A stretch of 64,000 nucleotides of DNA, from contig JAZGCO010000100.1 in the NCBI GenBank assembly GCA_036476995.1, positions 16,428 through 80,427 of the forward strand. Reading direction: 5' to 3'. The position numbers were made by a program, and so were the translations under genes. The first letter of the stretch is position 1. The number at the start of each line of letters is the position of its first letter. Shown here piece after piece: positions 50,205-60,706 of this stretch. The DNA comes from Gemmatimonadota bacterium (GTDB lineage Bacteria > Gemmatimonadota > Gemmatimonadetes > Palauibacterales > Palauibacteraceae). Under the pieces are notes generated by a model. That model was not told the origin of the DNA and did no database searches. It saw nothing but the letters and a program-made list of their open reading frames with translations.

Positions 50205-50329
50205 GCTCTACCCAGCGAGCGGGCTCCCGCTCCGCGTGAAACAGTCCCAACGGGGCGCCGATCGGCGCCCCGTTGTTGCAGCGGGCTCCCGCTCTTTACC
50301 CGCGCTCGCCGTCGGCCTATTTAGTTCTC

Positions 50330-52729
50330 ATGAGCAGCTCTTGCAGGGCCTTGAGATTCAGGTCGGCGTGGCGTCCAAGCCGAACTCTTTGCCTGGTGGT
50401 CGCCGCGTGGTTGCTGACCCTTCCAGCCCGAGCCGGAGCACAGGGCACGAACGCTGACATGCTAGCTTCCTTGGAGCAGCGACTGGCTGAGGGCTACGCG
50501 CTCTCAGTGAGCCGTGAACTGGCCCGGGAACTATCGCTTCACCCGGACCAGGCCACCCCCGACGAACTGCTTCTGGCGGCGCGCGCACATGCGCAGGCTG
50601 GCTTCTGGAAGGTCGTCGATCGGTTGCTCTCCGATCGGGCGTGGATCGATGAATTGGAGTCGGGCGGCGGCCGCCTCCTTCTAGCCCGGTCGGCTCAGGA
50701 GCAGGGCCGTCATGACGAGGCGGACGAACACTTCGCCCGCTTTGCCGCTTCGGGTGCGTTGCGCGGGTCACCGCCGCCGGCGGAGACTCACGTCCTGTGG
50801 GCCAGAAGCCTGGCAGCGCTGGGGCGCCACGCAGAGGCCGCCCGCCGGTATGAGGACGCCGCTGCGGACGCGCCCGAAGTCGCCCACTGGCTGAGATTGA
50901 GCGCCATGCAGGAACTGGCGGAGCTCGGAGAAGTGGACGCACTGGTCGTCCTGGCTACACTGATAGGGCGAGGTTCTGCCGTGCCGCGTGACTCGATCTG
51001 GCTCACCGCCGCCACAGCCGCGTTTCGTGCTGGTGAGACAGACCGTGGCATCCGCTTCACCGACTCTCTGAGCGTTCGGGCAAAGACGCGGCTGGCGGGC
51101 GATTGGGTGGCGCCGGCCCTGCTCGCGGCGGGTGATACGGTCTCCGCGCGTTCGGTCCTGGACGCAGCGATGAGGGTTGGAGGGGGCGGCCGGACGGTTG
51201 GAGACCTGATCCTGAGGCTGGATGACTCGTGGTCCGCTCGCCACGCCGTCGCGCAGTCAGACCTGGCAGAGGGTCGGTATCGGAGGGCGGCCGAAGGCCT
51301 CTCCGCCGCGCTCCAGGCCGCCCCGCAACCAACCCAGCCCGCCATGGTGCTCGAGCACGCCCGGGCCCTGTTCGGGCAGCGGAAGTATGCAGACGTACAC
51401 CGCCTGCTGATGCCGTGGATCGAGCCTACGCGCCGCACAGGGGAGCGGCCAACCGTGTATGCGCCAACGCTAGCGGCGATGTGGTTTCTCTCCGGCCGCT
51501 CGCTGTATCGCCGCGGCCAGAGAACGGCGGCGCTCGAAGCCTTCGAGCGGACGTCGGAGATTCCGAACTCCCGAGACGGGGCCTACGCCTCCTTCCTGAT
51601 AGCCGATACGTGGCACGACCGAGGCAGACTGGACGACGCGCTCTCCGCGTATGAGAGAACAGTGACCCGGTTCCCTCGTTCCGGCTACGCCGGTACCGCG
51701 CTCATACGTCTCGGTCTCCTCAAACTTGCCCAGGCTGAGCCGACGACCGCCCGCGAGTATTTTGAGCGTTACCGACAACGCTTTCCACGCGGAAACTGGT
51801 ACCAGGCGGCCACCTACTGGTCTGCCGCGGCGGTCGATCAGGCGGGCCAGGCTTCAGAAGCCCACGTCCTGTACCGGGAAACGATCGGGTACGACCCGAT
51901 AACGTTTTACGCGATGCGGGCAGGCGAACGTATAGGAGTGGATACTTGGGAAGAGATTCTTCGGCATCCTGAGCCGCAGATGCCGGACCTGGCCGCCCGG
52001 CACGACCGGTTGCTTGAGCAAATGGACCTCCTGCGGTCCATGGGTTGGACGGCCCGCGCGAAACTGGAATTCAGACAGCAGCGCCGTTCGGTGCGAGGTC
52101 TAGGCCAGTCTCTGGCTCTGGCCACGGCCCTCAACCAGGCCGGCTGGACGCGGGAGGGCTCCGCGATCGGCTGGACCCTCTATGGCAATCAGGCGGGCAA
52201 GTGGAACCGGGCGCTCCTACGCACCGTGTTCCCGCTCAACTATGCCGATCCCCTGATGGAAGCCTCCTCCCGGGAGGGCCTGGACCCGGCCCTCGTGGCT
52301 GCCCTGATTCGGCGAGAGTCGATTTTCGACCCGAACGTGGTTTCGAGCGCCAACGCGATAGGTCTCATGCAAATCATCCCCGCCACTGGGACCGAGCTGG
52401 CCAGAAGGATCGGACTCACCGAGTTCACTTCCGCTCAACTGACGGTGCCCGAGATCAATCTCGCTCTGGGGACTCGCTACCTGCGCGACCTCCTGCGTCG
52501 CTTCCAAGGCCAGCCCGTGGCCGCACTCGTGTCATACAACGCAGGGCCGCATCGCTACCTGCGTTGGCGCGAGTTTCCGGAGTTCAAGGCCGGCGGCGAC
52601 ATTGAAATCGACCGGATTCCCTTTGCGGAGACACGCCGGTACGTGAAAGCCGTTCTTTCCTATCGCTTTCTGTATCGCCGCCTTTACGGACTGGAACCGG
52701 ACCAAGACGACGGATCATCGGGCCCGTAA
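50330..52729 (+). CDS. Soluble lytic murein transglycosylase (Slt family)
   Basis: Signal peptide, superhelical TPR-like domain, and the SLT catalytic motif (ESIFDPNVVSSANAIGLMQIIPATG). Confidence 0.8.
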   Translation: MSSSCRALRFRSAWRPSRTLCLVVAAWLLTLPARAGAQGTNADMLASLEQRLAEGYALSVSRELARELSLHPDQATPDELLLAARAHAQAGFWKVVDRLLSDRAWIDELESGGGRLLLARSAQEQGRHDEADEHFARFAASGALRGSPPPAETHVLWARSLAALGRHAEAARRYEDAAADAPEVAHWLRLSAMQELAELGEVDALVVLATLIGRGSAVPRDSIWLTAATAAFRAGETDRGIRFTDSLSVRAKTRLAGDWVAPALLAAGDTVSARSVLDAAMRVGGGGRTVGDLILRLDDSWSARHAVAQSDLAEGRYRRAAEGLSAALQAAPQPTQPAMVLEHARALFGQRKYADVHRLLMPWIEPTRRTGERPTVYAPTLAAMWFLSGRSLYRRGQRTAALEAFERTSEIPNSRDGAYASFLIADTWHDRGRLDDALSAYERTVTRFPRSGYAGTALIRLGLLKLAQAEPTTAREYFERYRQRFPRGNWYQAATYWSAAAVDQAGQASEAHVLYRETIGYDPITFYAMRAGERIGVDTWEEILRHPEPQMPDLAARHDRLLEQMDLLRSMGWTARAKLEFRQQRRSVRGLGQSLALATALNQAGWTREGSAIGWTLYGNQAGKWNRALLRTVFPLNYADPLMEASSREGLDPALVAALIRRESIFDPNVVSSANAIGLMQIIPATGTELARRIGLTEFTSAQLTVPEINLALGTRYLRDLLRRFQGQPVAALVSYNAGPHRYLRWREFPEFKAGGDIEIDRIPFAETRRYVKAVLSYRFLYRRLYGLEPDQDDGSSGP

Positions 52730-52739
52730 CAGGCCTTCA

Positions 52740-55547
52740 ATGCCGATTTCAGAGGCTGTCACCGAGCGACCAACCCTGTTCTTGGTGGACGGGTACGCCC
52801 TGATATACAGGGCTTTCTTCGCCATGATCAGCCGTCCGCTGACCACCTCAAGTGGCGAGAACACCTCTGCGCCCTTCGGTCTCGCCCGCTTTCTCATGGC
52901 CCTGATCGAGGAGCAGCATCCCGACTACATCGGCGTAGTGTTCGACGCGGGAGACAGCGGACGTGAGGCCATCTATCCTGAGTACAAGGCGACACGCGAA
53001 AAGATGCCGGACGAACTCAGGGCATCCCTCCCCCGCTGCCGCGAGATCATCGAGGCCATGCGGATCCCGGTGCTGGAAGTGGAAGGTTGGGAAGCGGACG
53101 ATATCATCGGGACGCTGTCCAACCAGGCCTCGAAGGCAGGTCTCCGAACGATCATCGTGTCGGGCGACAAGGACTTCTACCAGCTTATCGACGAAAACAC
53201 GTGGCTTCTGAATCCGGGGCGCCGCGGACCGGCTGCCGTGGACCCGGAGTGGGTAACTCCGGCGAACGCTGCGGCTCGGCTCGGCGTGCCTCCCGAGTAC
53301 GTCACGGACGTTCTGGCCCTGCTCGGTGACGCCTCCGACAACGTGCCGGGAGTTCGCGGAATCGGCCAGAAGACTGCGCCGGGACTGATCGAAGAGTTCG
53401 GAAGCATCGAATCCCTGCTGGAGCGCGTTGATGAAGTGAAGAGCGGCCGGGCCCGGAAGGCGCTCGAAGCCGGTGCCCACCTGGCTCGTCTGTCCAAGCG
53501 GCTTGTGACCATTCGGGACGACGCTCCGGTGGAACTAGATCAGGAACTGCTCCGTACTGAGGCGCCCGACCGACCGCGCCTGAAGCGCATTTTCCTGGAC
53601 CTCGAATTCCGGACCCTGGCCCGCGAGATGGATCAGGCTCCGGAGGCCGGTGGAGCTGTAGAGCAGGCCGATCTGTCTGTCCGAGTGATCGAGAGCCTGA
53701 CGGAACTCCACAGCCTGACGGAGGAGCTGCGGACGGCTGGACGGTTTGCTCTCGACGTCCTGGCCGCTCCCGCCGGACACCTTCGGCCGAACATCGTAGG
53801 AATCGCTCTCGCTACCCGACCGGGTGAAGCGTACTACCTGCCGGTCGGACACCGAACACCTGCCGCTGTCCTGGATAGCGACGGGAACCCCGAACTGGCA
53901 CTGGCAGCGGAACGGTCAACCAATCTCCCGATCCTGTGCCAAGAGTCTGAAGAAACCGCTGAGGTGACCGGGTTCCGGAGGCTTCTCTCGGACGCCGCCT
54001 CAGCCAAGACGGGCCACGACACGAAAGCACTCCGTCACGCGTTCGAATCCGTCGGCGTCACCCTCGGGGGAGTTGAATTCGACACGGAAATCGCGTCGTA
54101 CTGCCTCGATCCGGGCCGCCGTGAGCATGACCTGGCGTCGCTGGCGCGGGACAAGCTGGGTGCTGAGCTGCGGCCCTTGAGCGAACTGACGGGCTCCGGG
54201 CGGACAGCGCAGCCCCTCGCCGAGTGTGCCCCGGAATCAGTGGCCCGATATGCGGCGGCCAGGGTAGACACAATTCTCAGACTCCGTCAGCCGCTGGATG
54301 AGGAACTGAAGGCGCACGAGACCCTCTCTCTGATGCACGCCGTTGAGATGCCGCTCGTACCGGTGCTGGTTCGGGTGGAGCGGACAGGAATCCTGCTGGA
54401 CACGGAGGTGTTTTCGGGCCTGGCCGAACGCATGGCCAGGGAGATCGCCCAAATTCAGGAGGAGATTTACAAGCTGGCCGGGGGAGAAGTGAACCTCAGG
54501 TCGGTACCGCAGCTTCGTCAGCTGTTGTTTGAACAGCTAGCGCTGCCAGTGGTACGGAGCACTAAGACCGGACCCTCCACCGATGAAGCCGTCCTCTCTC
54601 AGCTGGCAGCCGAGGGCCACGAGGTTCCCCGGCTCATTCTGGAGCATCGCGAACTCGACAAGCTCAATTCCACGTACGTGCTCAAGCTGCCCGAGCTGGT
54701 GGATCCTGTCACGGGCCGAATTCACACTCGGCTGAACCAGACGGTAGCGGCTACGGGCCGGCTATCCTCATCGGACCCCAACCTTCAGAACATTCCGATT
54801 CGGTCCGCTTTGGGCAGGGAGATTCGGAGAGGGTTCATAGCCGCTCCCGGCGCGGTGCTCCTCTCCGCCGATTATTCGCAGGTTGAACTAAGAATCATGG
54901 CGCATCTCTCGGGTGACCCGGCCTTCGTGGAGGCGTTCCGGGCCGACCGCGACATTCACCGCGAGACTGCCGCTCTCATCTTCGGTGTTTCCTCAGATGC
55001 GGTAAGCGCCGGCATGCGGGCACAGGCCAAGACGATCAACTTCGCGACGCTGTACGGCCAGGGACCCGTAGCGCTCGCCGGCCAACTCGGAATATCGCGT
55101 CAGGACGCATCAGATTTCATTCGTACTTACTTCGAGCGCTTCGCGGGCGTTAGCGCGTATCTCGACAGCATGAAGGCGCAAGCTCGCGAACGGGGATTCG
55201 TGGAGACTCTGCTCGGCCGACGCCGCTACATTCCCGAAATCCGTTCACAAAACCCGGGTATCCGGGGCTTTGGCGAGAGAACCGCCGCCAATTCCCCTAT
55301 CCAGGGAACCGCGGCTGACCTGATAAAGCTGGCCATGATACGCATGGATGATCGTCTGTCCGGATCGGGCGGGCGCCTGCTGCTACAGGTACACGATGAA
55401 CTCCTGCTCGAGGTGCCGGAGGCGGAACTCGCCACCGTATCGTCTTGGGTGCGAGAGGAAATGGAAGAAGCGATCGAGCTAGACGTGCCACTCCGGGTCG
55501 ACATGCGGAGCGGAAGAACCTGGTATGATTGCAAGAGCAACGAGTAG
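52740..55547 (+). CDS. polA: DNA polymerase I
   Basis: 5'-3' exonuclease domain, 3'-5' exonuclease-like domain, and polymerase motifs (RAQAKTINFATLYG, QVHDEL). Confidence 0.95.
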   Translation: MPISEAVTERPTLFLVDGYALIYRAFFAMISRPLTTSSGENTSAPFGLARFLMALIEEQHPDYIGVVFDAGDSGREAIYPEYKATREKMPDELRASLPRCREIIEAMRIPVLEVEGWEADDIIGTLSNQASKAGLRTIIVSGDKDFYQLIDENTWLLNPGRRGPAAVDPEWVTPANAAARLGVPPEYVTDVLALLGDASDNVPGVRGIGQKTAPGLIEEFGSIESLLERVDEVKSGRARKALEAGAHLARLSKRLVTIRDDAPVELDQELLRTEAPDRPRLKRIFLDLEFRTLAREMDQAPEAGGAVEQADLSVRVIESLTELHSLTEELRTAGRFALDVLAAPAGHLRPNIVGIALATRPGEAYYLPVGHRTPAAVLDSDGNPELALAAERSTNLPILCQESEETAEVTGFRRLLSDAASAKTGHDTKALRHAFESVGVTLGGVEFDTEIASYCLDPGRREHDLASLARDKLGAELRPLSELTGSGRTAQPLAECAPESVARYAAARVDTILRLRQPLDEELKAHETLSLMHAVEMPLVPVLVRVERTGILLDTEVFSGLAERMAREIAQIQEEIYKLAGGEVNLRSVPQLRQLLFEQLALPVVRSTKTGPSTDEAVLSQLAAEGHEVPRLILEHRELDKLNSTYVLKLPELVDPVTGRIHTRLNQTVAATGRLSSSDPNLQNIPIRSALGREIRRGFIAAPGAVLLSADYSQVELRIMAHLSGDPAFVEAFRADRDIHRETAALIFGVSSDAVSAGMRAQAKTINFATLYGQGPVALAGQLGISRQDASDFIRTYFERFAGVSAYLDSMKAQARERGFVETLLGRRRYIPEIRSQNPGIRGFGERTAANSPIQGTAADLIKLAMIRMDDRLSGSGGRLLLQVHDELLLEVPEAELATVSSWVREEMEEAIELDVPLRVDMRSGRTWYDCKSNE

Positions 55548-55590
55548 TTTGCCTGAGCACAGAGGGCCTGGTGCGCTTGAAGCGCCCCAG

Positions 55591-57711
55591 CTAGAGGACC
55601 TCCCGGAATGCTTTGTTGAGGGAGATCATCCACTCCCAATCGCCGAACTCACCCAGTCCCCGCATAGCGTCGATCCGGAGCAGGTCGTAGAACAACGCCA
55701 CGCCGCCTCCCAGGGACGAACGAAAGCCATTGGAATCTCCAACGCCTGCCAGGGCGCCAGCCGGTTGACCTACGGAGGAGAGATCGGACCAACCGGTAGC
55801 ACCCAGGAGGCGAAGCCGCACCCACGGAAACCGCGTTTTCTGTGATATCGCAGCCTGAAGATAGAGCGCCTTGTCGCCTCCCCAACCACGGAATGGCCAG
55901 CCGGGAATCGTCCCGCGTCCGCCAATAAGGAGTGTCTGTTGGGGCGGCAAGACTCCGGTGGCGAGCGCTACTTCCGCGTCCATTTCGAATGTCCACTCCG
56001 ACCCGGGCCCGCCCGGCGCTGCATGAATTCCGAATACCCAACGTGAGTATCCGAAGTCGCCGAGCGCGACCAGCCTGCTTCGGGCCCGCGCGGTCCACAC
56101 GCTTCCAAGTCCACTGCCCAGAAACTGCCCGGTACTCAGGGTGACGGCGAACTCCTTGCCTTCTTCAATCGGCCTGACCGGGCGCGCTACTGCTCCTCCT
56201 ATCGGATTCCCCAGGAGGGCTGCCTGTTTGTGGTCCTCGAAATTGAGACCGAGTCGTGTACGCCCACCCCACAGCGGCAGGTCAATTACCAGCTCGACAC
56301 CATCTGCGAAATAGGAATCCAGAAAATCGTCGCCTCGCAGAGCAGCGCCGATACTCGAGACGAGTCCCGACGATGCCCTAAACGGTCCGATATCCTTTAG
56401 CCGATTGAAGTACGCGCCAACGGAGCCTCGGACCCGGACATCGTCGAACGCGATCCGTACCTCCGCCTCCGGCTCCTGCCGCTCGAACGGGAAGGCCGCC
56501 CAGGCCGTGACGTTCTGCGCCCCACTCAGCTCCGCGCGCATGCCGGAACCGACGACGATGCCCTCGGCTCGACTGAACCGGATACCGTCAGAAACCGTGG
56601 AAAGGAAAGGCCTGATCCTGGCATTCCCACCCAGGTATCTGCGAGCGGCCACGGCCAGCGCCTGATGCCGCACGGCAGCAAGGCGAATCGAATCTTCTCG
56701 CATGTTCCGTGGCATACCGTCGATGGCTCCGGACTCCCAACCGGCGAACCGTTCCAGGTCGCGCTTGGGCAACGTCACGATGTGATCGCCCGGCTGAACC
56801 TGGCGATCCGCGGGTGGGCTGAAATCGTACTCAAGCACTCGAAGAACGGCGACGATCGTTCCGCCTAGCGGCAGATCAAAGTATTTGGTGCGCCGCCGAA
56901 CCTCGGTGCGCTGCTCGTAGGGAAGCCACATCCGCTGGTTCATCCACTGGTTTTCCACCAGCAAAGTGACGTACTCGATGTCCGGATCGACATACGAGCT
57001 CGGGGTGAACGTCAGCGAGAGCCGGGCGATCGCCTTCGAGTCGCGGTCCACGTCCACGGTTCCAACGACGCCCGGATCATCCGGGCAACGCGGACGGACC
57101 TGCACTCGGTATACATGCGTGACCTCTTCCTTCACCTTGATGCCCAGGGAGTCCACCAACCGAAATTCATAGACTTGAAGACCGTGAGCGGTCAGGGGGT
57201 GCGGCACTTCTCTGACTTCGTCACCCTCACCGACGCTGATTCGATCGCCGTAGTTGTCCACCGCGAGGACCAGATGGTCCATGTGATATCGGATTCCAGT
57301 GGGAAAACTGGTGGTGTGGCGCCGGCCGACTACCGTCTGGAGGGCATGGCCACGTCCTAACCAGTCCAGTTCGAGGGCGACCTGATCGGAACGAATCAGC
57401 CACCGTGCGGATTCATCCCCAAGGTCAGCGTAGAAGAAGACATGGCCCTGAGCTTCCGCTCGAAAACGGCCGAGGGAGGGCTCGGCGTACGGCGCCCGGC
57501 GAGCTTCGATGGCGGATTCCACGACGCTCCGGGTCCGGGCATCGTTCCAGGTCGGTGTAAAACCCATCCGGCCTGCCTCGCACGCACCGAACGCCGCGCC
57601 CCACACTGGAGCCACGTCCTGTGCCGAAAGTCCAGCTACCACGACAGACTGACCCGCGAAAGCGAAGGCGAGCCCGCCGACGTATATGCGCAACAAGAGG
57701 CTTGAATTCAC
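55591..57711 (-). CDS. Uncharacterised large secreted/outer-membrane protein
   Basis: N-terminal signal peptide (LLLRIYVGGLAFAFAGQSVVVAGLSAQD). 706 aa. C-terminal alternating-hydrophobic, beta-barrel-like segments. No family assignment possible from sequence inspection. Confidence 0.5.
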   Translation of the reverse strand: MNSSLLLRIYVGGLAFAFAGQSVVVAGLSAQDVAPVWGAAFGACEAGRMGFTPTWNDARTRSVVESAIEARRAPYAEPSLGRFRAEAQGHVFFYADLGDESARWLIRSDQVALELDWLGRGHALQTVVGRRHTTSFPTGIRYHMDHLVLAVDNYGDRISVGEGDEVREVPHPLTAHGLQVYEFRLVDSLGIKVKEEVTHVYRVQVRPRCPDDPGVVGTVDVDRDSKAIARLSLTFTPSSYVDPDIEYVTLLVENQWMNQRMWLPYEQRTEVRRRTKYFDLPLGGTIVAVLRVLEYDFSPPADRQVQPGDHIVTLPKRDLERFAGWESGAIDGMPRNMREDSIRLAAVRHQALAVAARRYLGGNARIRPFLSTVSDGIRFSRAEGIVVGSGMRAELSGAQNVTAWAAFPFERQEPEAEVRIAFDDVRVRGSVGAYFNRLKDIGPFRASSGLVSSIGAALRGDDFLDSYFADGVELVIDLPLWGGRTRLGLNFEDHKQAALLGNPIGGAVARPVRPIEEGKEFAVTLSTGQFLGSGLGSVWTARARSRLVALGDFGYSRWVFGIHAAPGGPGSEWTFEMDAEVALATGVLPPQQTLLIGGRGTIPGWPFRGWGGDKALYLQAAISQKTRFPWVRLRLLGATGWSDLSSVGQPAGALAGVGDSNGFRSSLGGGVALFYDLLRIDAMRGLGEFGDWEWMISLNKAFREVL

Positions 57712-57837
57712 GGACAGTAGATACCGGTCACGTCACCGGGCGTTCCCACCGTGGTGAGCTGTCCTGATTGCGGCGCCGGCAGGCATCGGGCATCTTGACG
57801 CCCCTCAATAAAGGCTTCAGCAAACAACGGTGATGCA

Positions 57838-59358
57838 ATGTTGACCATATCTGCTGAGAACGTCCCTGTCTTCGCGCGGATAGTACCGAATCCGGAACCC
57901 GATGAACTTCGCGATCTGGCCCGACACCACGAGCGAACCACACAGTTCGGCAGCGCCTCGTATGTCACCAAGTTCAGGTCTCGCGGTGCGGCGGATACCC
58001 GGACGACAGTAGATGGTCAGGTTACGGACGGCGACTTGCAAACGATCGAAGAGATCAAGGCGTACCTGCAGGACCGGGAAGTAATACAGCTCGACGGTCT
58101 AATGGGCATGTCCACCGGAATGGGGTCCCTGCATTGCCGCCTGTACGTGACCCGGGAGTATGCTCGTCTGGCCTTGATGCTTCAGTCGAGCCTGTATCCG
58201 GTTTCCACGCCGACAGATATACCTGACTTCGTCACGATCGATGTGCCGGAGTGGCCGGGCGGCAGGTCGATCATTGTGGATACGAACGAGGGCGTCACAT
58301 ACGTGCTCGGCTCCGACTACTACGGCGAAATCAAGAAGTCCTTTCTGCGTCAGACTATGTATCGAGCCAAACAAGCGGGTCAGTTGGGGCTGCACGCGGG
58401 AAGCAAGGTCGTCGTAGCGAAGAGTGCGGTTGACGGCCAGCTGAAGGAGAGCGGCCTGTTGTTCTTCGGGCTGTCTGGAACCGGGAAAACGAGCCTGACG
58501 TGTCACAGCTTCGACCTTGACCGGTCTGCCGGAGAATATGTTCGGGTCAGGCAGGACGATGTAGTGATCCTCGCACCCGATGGCTTCTGCAAGGGAACCG
58601 AGGGCGGTGGCTTCTATATCAAGACGGACGGCCTCAACCCTGAGGATCAGGGAGCGCTCTACGGCTCAGCCGTGAGCCCGCGCGCGATCTTTGAGAACGT
58701 GTGGGTGGAAGAAGACGGTACCGTCGATTTCTATAACGAAGAACTCACGAGCAACGGCCGCGCCGTGGTTCCGATCGATGCGGTGCTCAACACGGACGAC
58801 ACGATCGACGTGGATCGTGTGACGCACATCTACTTTATCACGAGAAATCCGCTGATGCCAGCCGTCTGCCGGCTTGATTCTGGCCAGGCCGCTGTGGCGT
58901 TCATGCTCGGCGAGTCCATCAAGACGTCTGCGGCGGATCCGACCGCGAAAGGAGAACCGGTGCGCAGCGTCGGCACCAACCCATTCATCGTCGGCCCCAA
59001 GGGTGAGGAAGGCAGCACCTTCCATGAGATACTGGAAGCCAACCCCGGAATGCGTAGCTATATCCTCAATACCGGCAAAATAGGCGAAGGGGAGGAGGCC
59101 CTCAAGATCACGCTCTCAGACACGGTTGGCGTTCTCCGGTCGATCGCACGCGAGGAAATCGACTGGACCCGCGACGACGCGTCGGGGCTCGAAGTCCCGT
59201 CCTCTGTCCCCGGAGTGGATCCGGCGAAGTTCCGGCTGGCCGAGAACTTCGAGTCCGACGAACTGGCCGAGAGGTTGGCGGGGCTTCGGTCGGAGCGTGT
59301 AGGCTGGCTCGCCCGGTTCGACGATTTTCCGGCGGAACTCGCCGAAGCCGTTTACTAG
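57838..59358 (+). CDS. pckA: Phosphoenolpyruvate carboxykinase (ATP)
   Basis: Kinase-1a motif FFGLSGTGKTSLT, the YYGEIKKS motif, and a substrate-binding N-terminal region. Confidence 0.85.
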   Translation: MLTISAENVPVFARIVPNPEPDELRDLARHHERTTQFGSASYVTKFRSRGAADTRTTVDGQVTDGDLQTIEEIKAYLQDREVIQLDGLMGMSTGMGSLHCRLYVTREYARLALMLQSSLYPVSTPTDIPDFVTIDVPEWPGGRSIIVDTNEGVTYVLGSDYYGEIKKSFLRQTMYRAKQAGQLGLHAGSKVVVAKSAVDGQLKESGLLFFGLSGTGKTSLTCHSFDLDRSAGEYVRVRQDDVVILAPDGFCKGTEGGGFYIKTDGLNPEDQGALYGSAVSPRAIFENVWVEEDGTVDFYNEELTSNGRAVVPIDAVLNTDDTIDVDRVTHIYFITRNPLMPAVCRLDSGQAAVAFMLGESIKTSAADPTAKGEPVRSVGTNPFIVGPKGEEGSTFHEILEANPGMRSYILNTGKIGEGEEALKITLSDTVGVLRSIAREEIDWTRDDASGLEVPSSVPGVDPAKFRLAENFESDELAERLAGLRSERVGWLARFDDFPAELAEAVY

Positions 59359-59365
59359 CACGGCT

Positions 59366-60706
59366 ATGCGGGCGCCTGTCCGGGCGCGCACTATTCGGGA
59401 TCCGGTGTGGCAGAACATCGACCTGGATCCCGTTGCTGCCGCTATCGTCGAGGCACCCGAGTTTCAGAGGTTGAGACGCGTCAAGCAGCTGGGGTTCGCG
59501 CATCTAGTCTACCCCGGAGCGGTGCACACTCGCTTTCTCCACGCTCTTGGCGTGTACCATCTGACCCGGCGGGCGATCGCTTTTCTCACCGGGCCCGATC
59601 ATGCGCGCTGCAAACTGGAGCCAGAAGATCTGGCTACGGTGCCCTTGCTCCCTCTCGCCGCCCTGCTTCACGACGTCGGGCACTACGCGTTTTCTCACGC
59701 CATGGAGGAGCTCGAAACGCAGGCCATTCCCGGTCACCACGAAGAAATGGCCAGCCGGTTTCTTGACACCCCGGCCATTCGAGAGCCGCTCGAACGGGTT
59801 CACAGTGACGCTCTACCGATGGTTGCAGACTTGATTCGTGGCCAATCCTCCCACCCCCTCCAGGGATTGATTTCTGGATCGCTGGATTTGGACAAGATTG
59901 ATTATCTGCGGCGTGACAGTTTCTTCTGCGGGGTTCCTTACGGCGCGGTTGACGTGGAAAGATTGCTGCACTCGCTTACGCTGGCGGAAGAACACGAGGG
60001 CAAGGGCCTCGAAGTTGCCGTCACCGAGAAGGGAATCAGCGCCCTGGAGTCGCTTCTCTTCGCCAAGTACCAGATGTTCCGGAACGTCTACTGGCACCAC
60101 GGCGTGAGGGCTGCAACGGTCACGTTCCGCAGGCTAGTGGAGTCGGCACTCGAGACCGGCGCTCTCGAGTCGGAAGACCTTCCAGGCCGAACAGATGAAG
60201 AACTACTGGGTCTGATCGGAAATCGTTCTCAGGATGAAGCGGACTCCTCCGTGACCCGCGTGCTGCTCCGAGCATTGGCCGACCGCCGGCTCCCCAAACG
60301 TACCATCGAGCTGCTGGCTGACGAGATCCCTGCCACCATGGCCAGCTGGATTCCGGAGCGCCGAGATCTGGTCAGAAAGGTAGAGGACAGCCTGGCCGAA
60401 CGGTGGGGGCAGGCGCCTGGGACCGTCTTTCTGGATTATCCGGTCAATCCGAATATGCTAGAACTACAGATCCTGCTCGTGAGCCGGCACGGAGAAGTGC
60501 GGCGGCTCACGTCTGCCGGTGAGGAGGGGCTGATCGATCTTCCCAGGCTCAGCCGCTCCCTGCACCACACGACGCGGGGTCTTCGAGTATTTACACTGGA
60601 GCGGCTCGATTCCGTGGACCCCGGCCCGTTGCTGGACCTGCTCGTGATGACTGAGAAAGAAGTGCGGGGCCGACTGGCACGGGGAGAACCGCTTCTGGCC
60701 GGCTAG
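59366..60706 (+). CDS. HD-domain phosphohydrolase (dGTPase-like family)
   Basis: HD motifs (RFLHALGV, LLHDVGHYAFSH). Confidence 0.75.
   Translation: MRAPVRARTIRDPVWQNIDLDPVAAAIVEAPEFQRLRRVKQLGFAHLVYPGAVHTRFLHALGVYHLTRRAIAFLTGPDHARCKLEPEDLATVPLLPLAALLHDVGHYAFSHAMEELETQAIPGHHEEMASRFLDTPAIREPLERVHSDALPMVADLIRGQSSHPLQGLISGSLDLDKIDYLRRDSFFCGVPYGAVDVERLLHSLTLAEEHEGKGLEVAVTEKGISALESLLFAKYQMFRNVYWHHGVRAATVTFRRLVESALETGALESEDLPGRTDEELLGLIGNRSQDEADSSVTRVLLRALADRRLPKRTIELLADEIPATMASWIPERRDLVRKVEDSLAERWGQAPGTVFLDYPVNPNMLELQILLVSRHGEVRRLTSAGEEGLIDLPRLSRSLHHTTRGLRVFTLERLDSVDPGPLLDLLVMTEKEVRGRLARGEPLLAG

Noticed and set aside
50358-51438. Minus-strand ORFs of 158-216 aa.
   Set aside because: They are antisense to the Slt lytic transglycosylase gene. 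High-GC artefacts.
55548-55590. Weak hairpin ggtgcgcttgaagcgcccc between convergent polA and the 706-aa gene.
   Set aside because: The stem is short and imperfect, with no T tract. It is insufficient for a terminator call.
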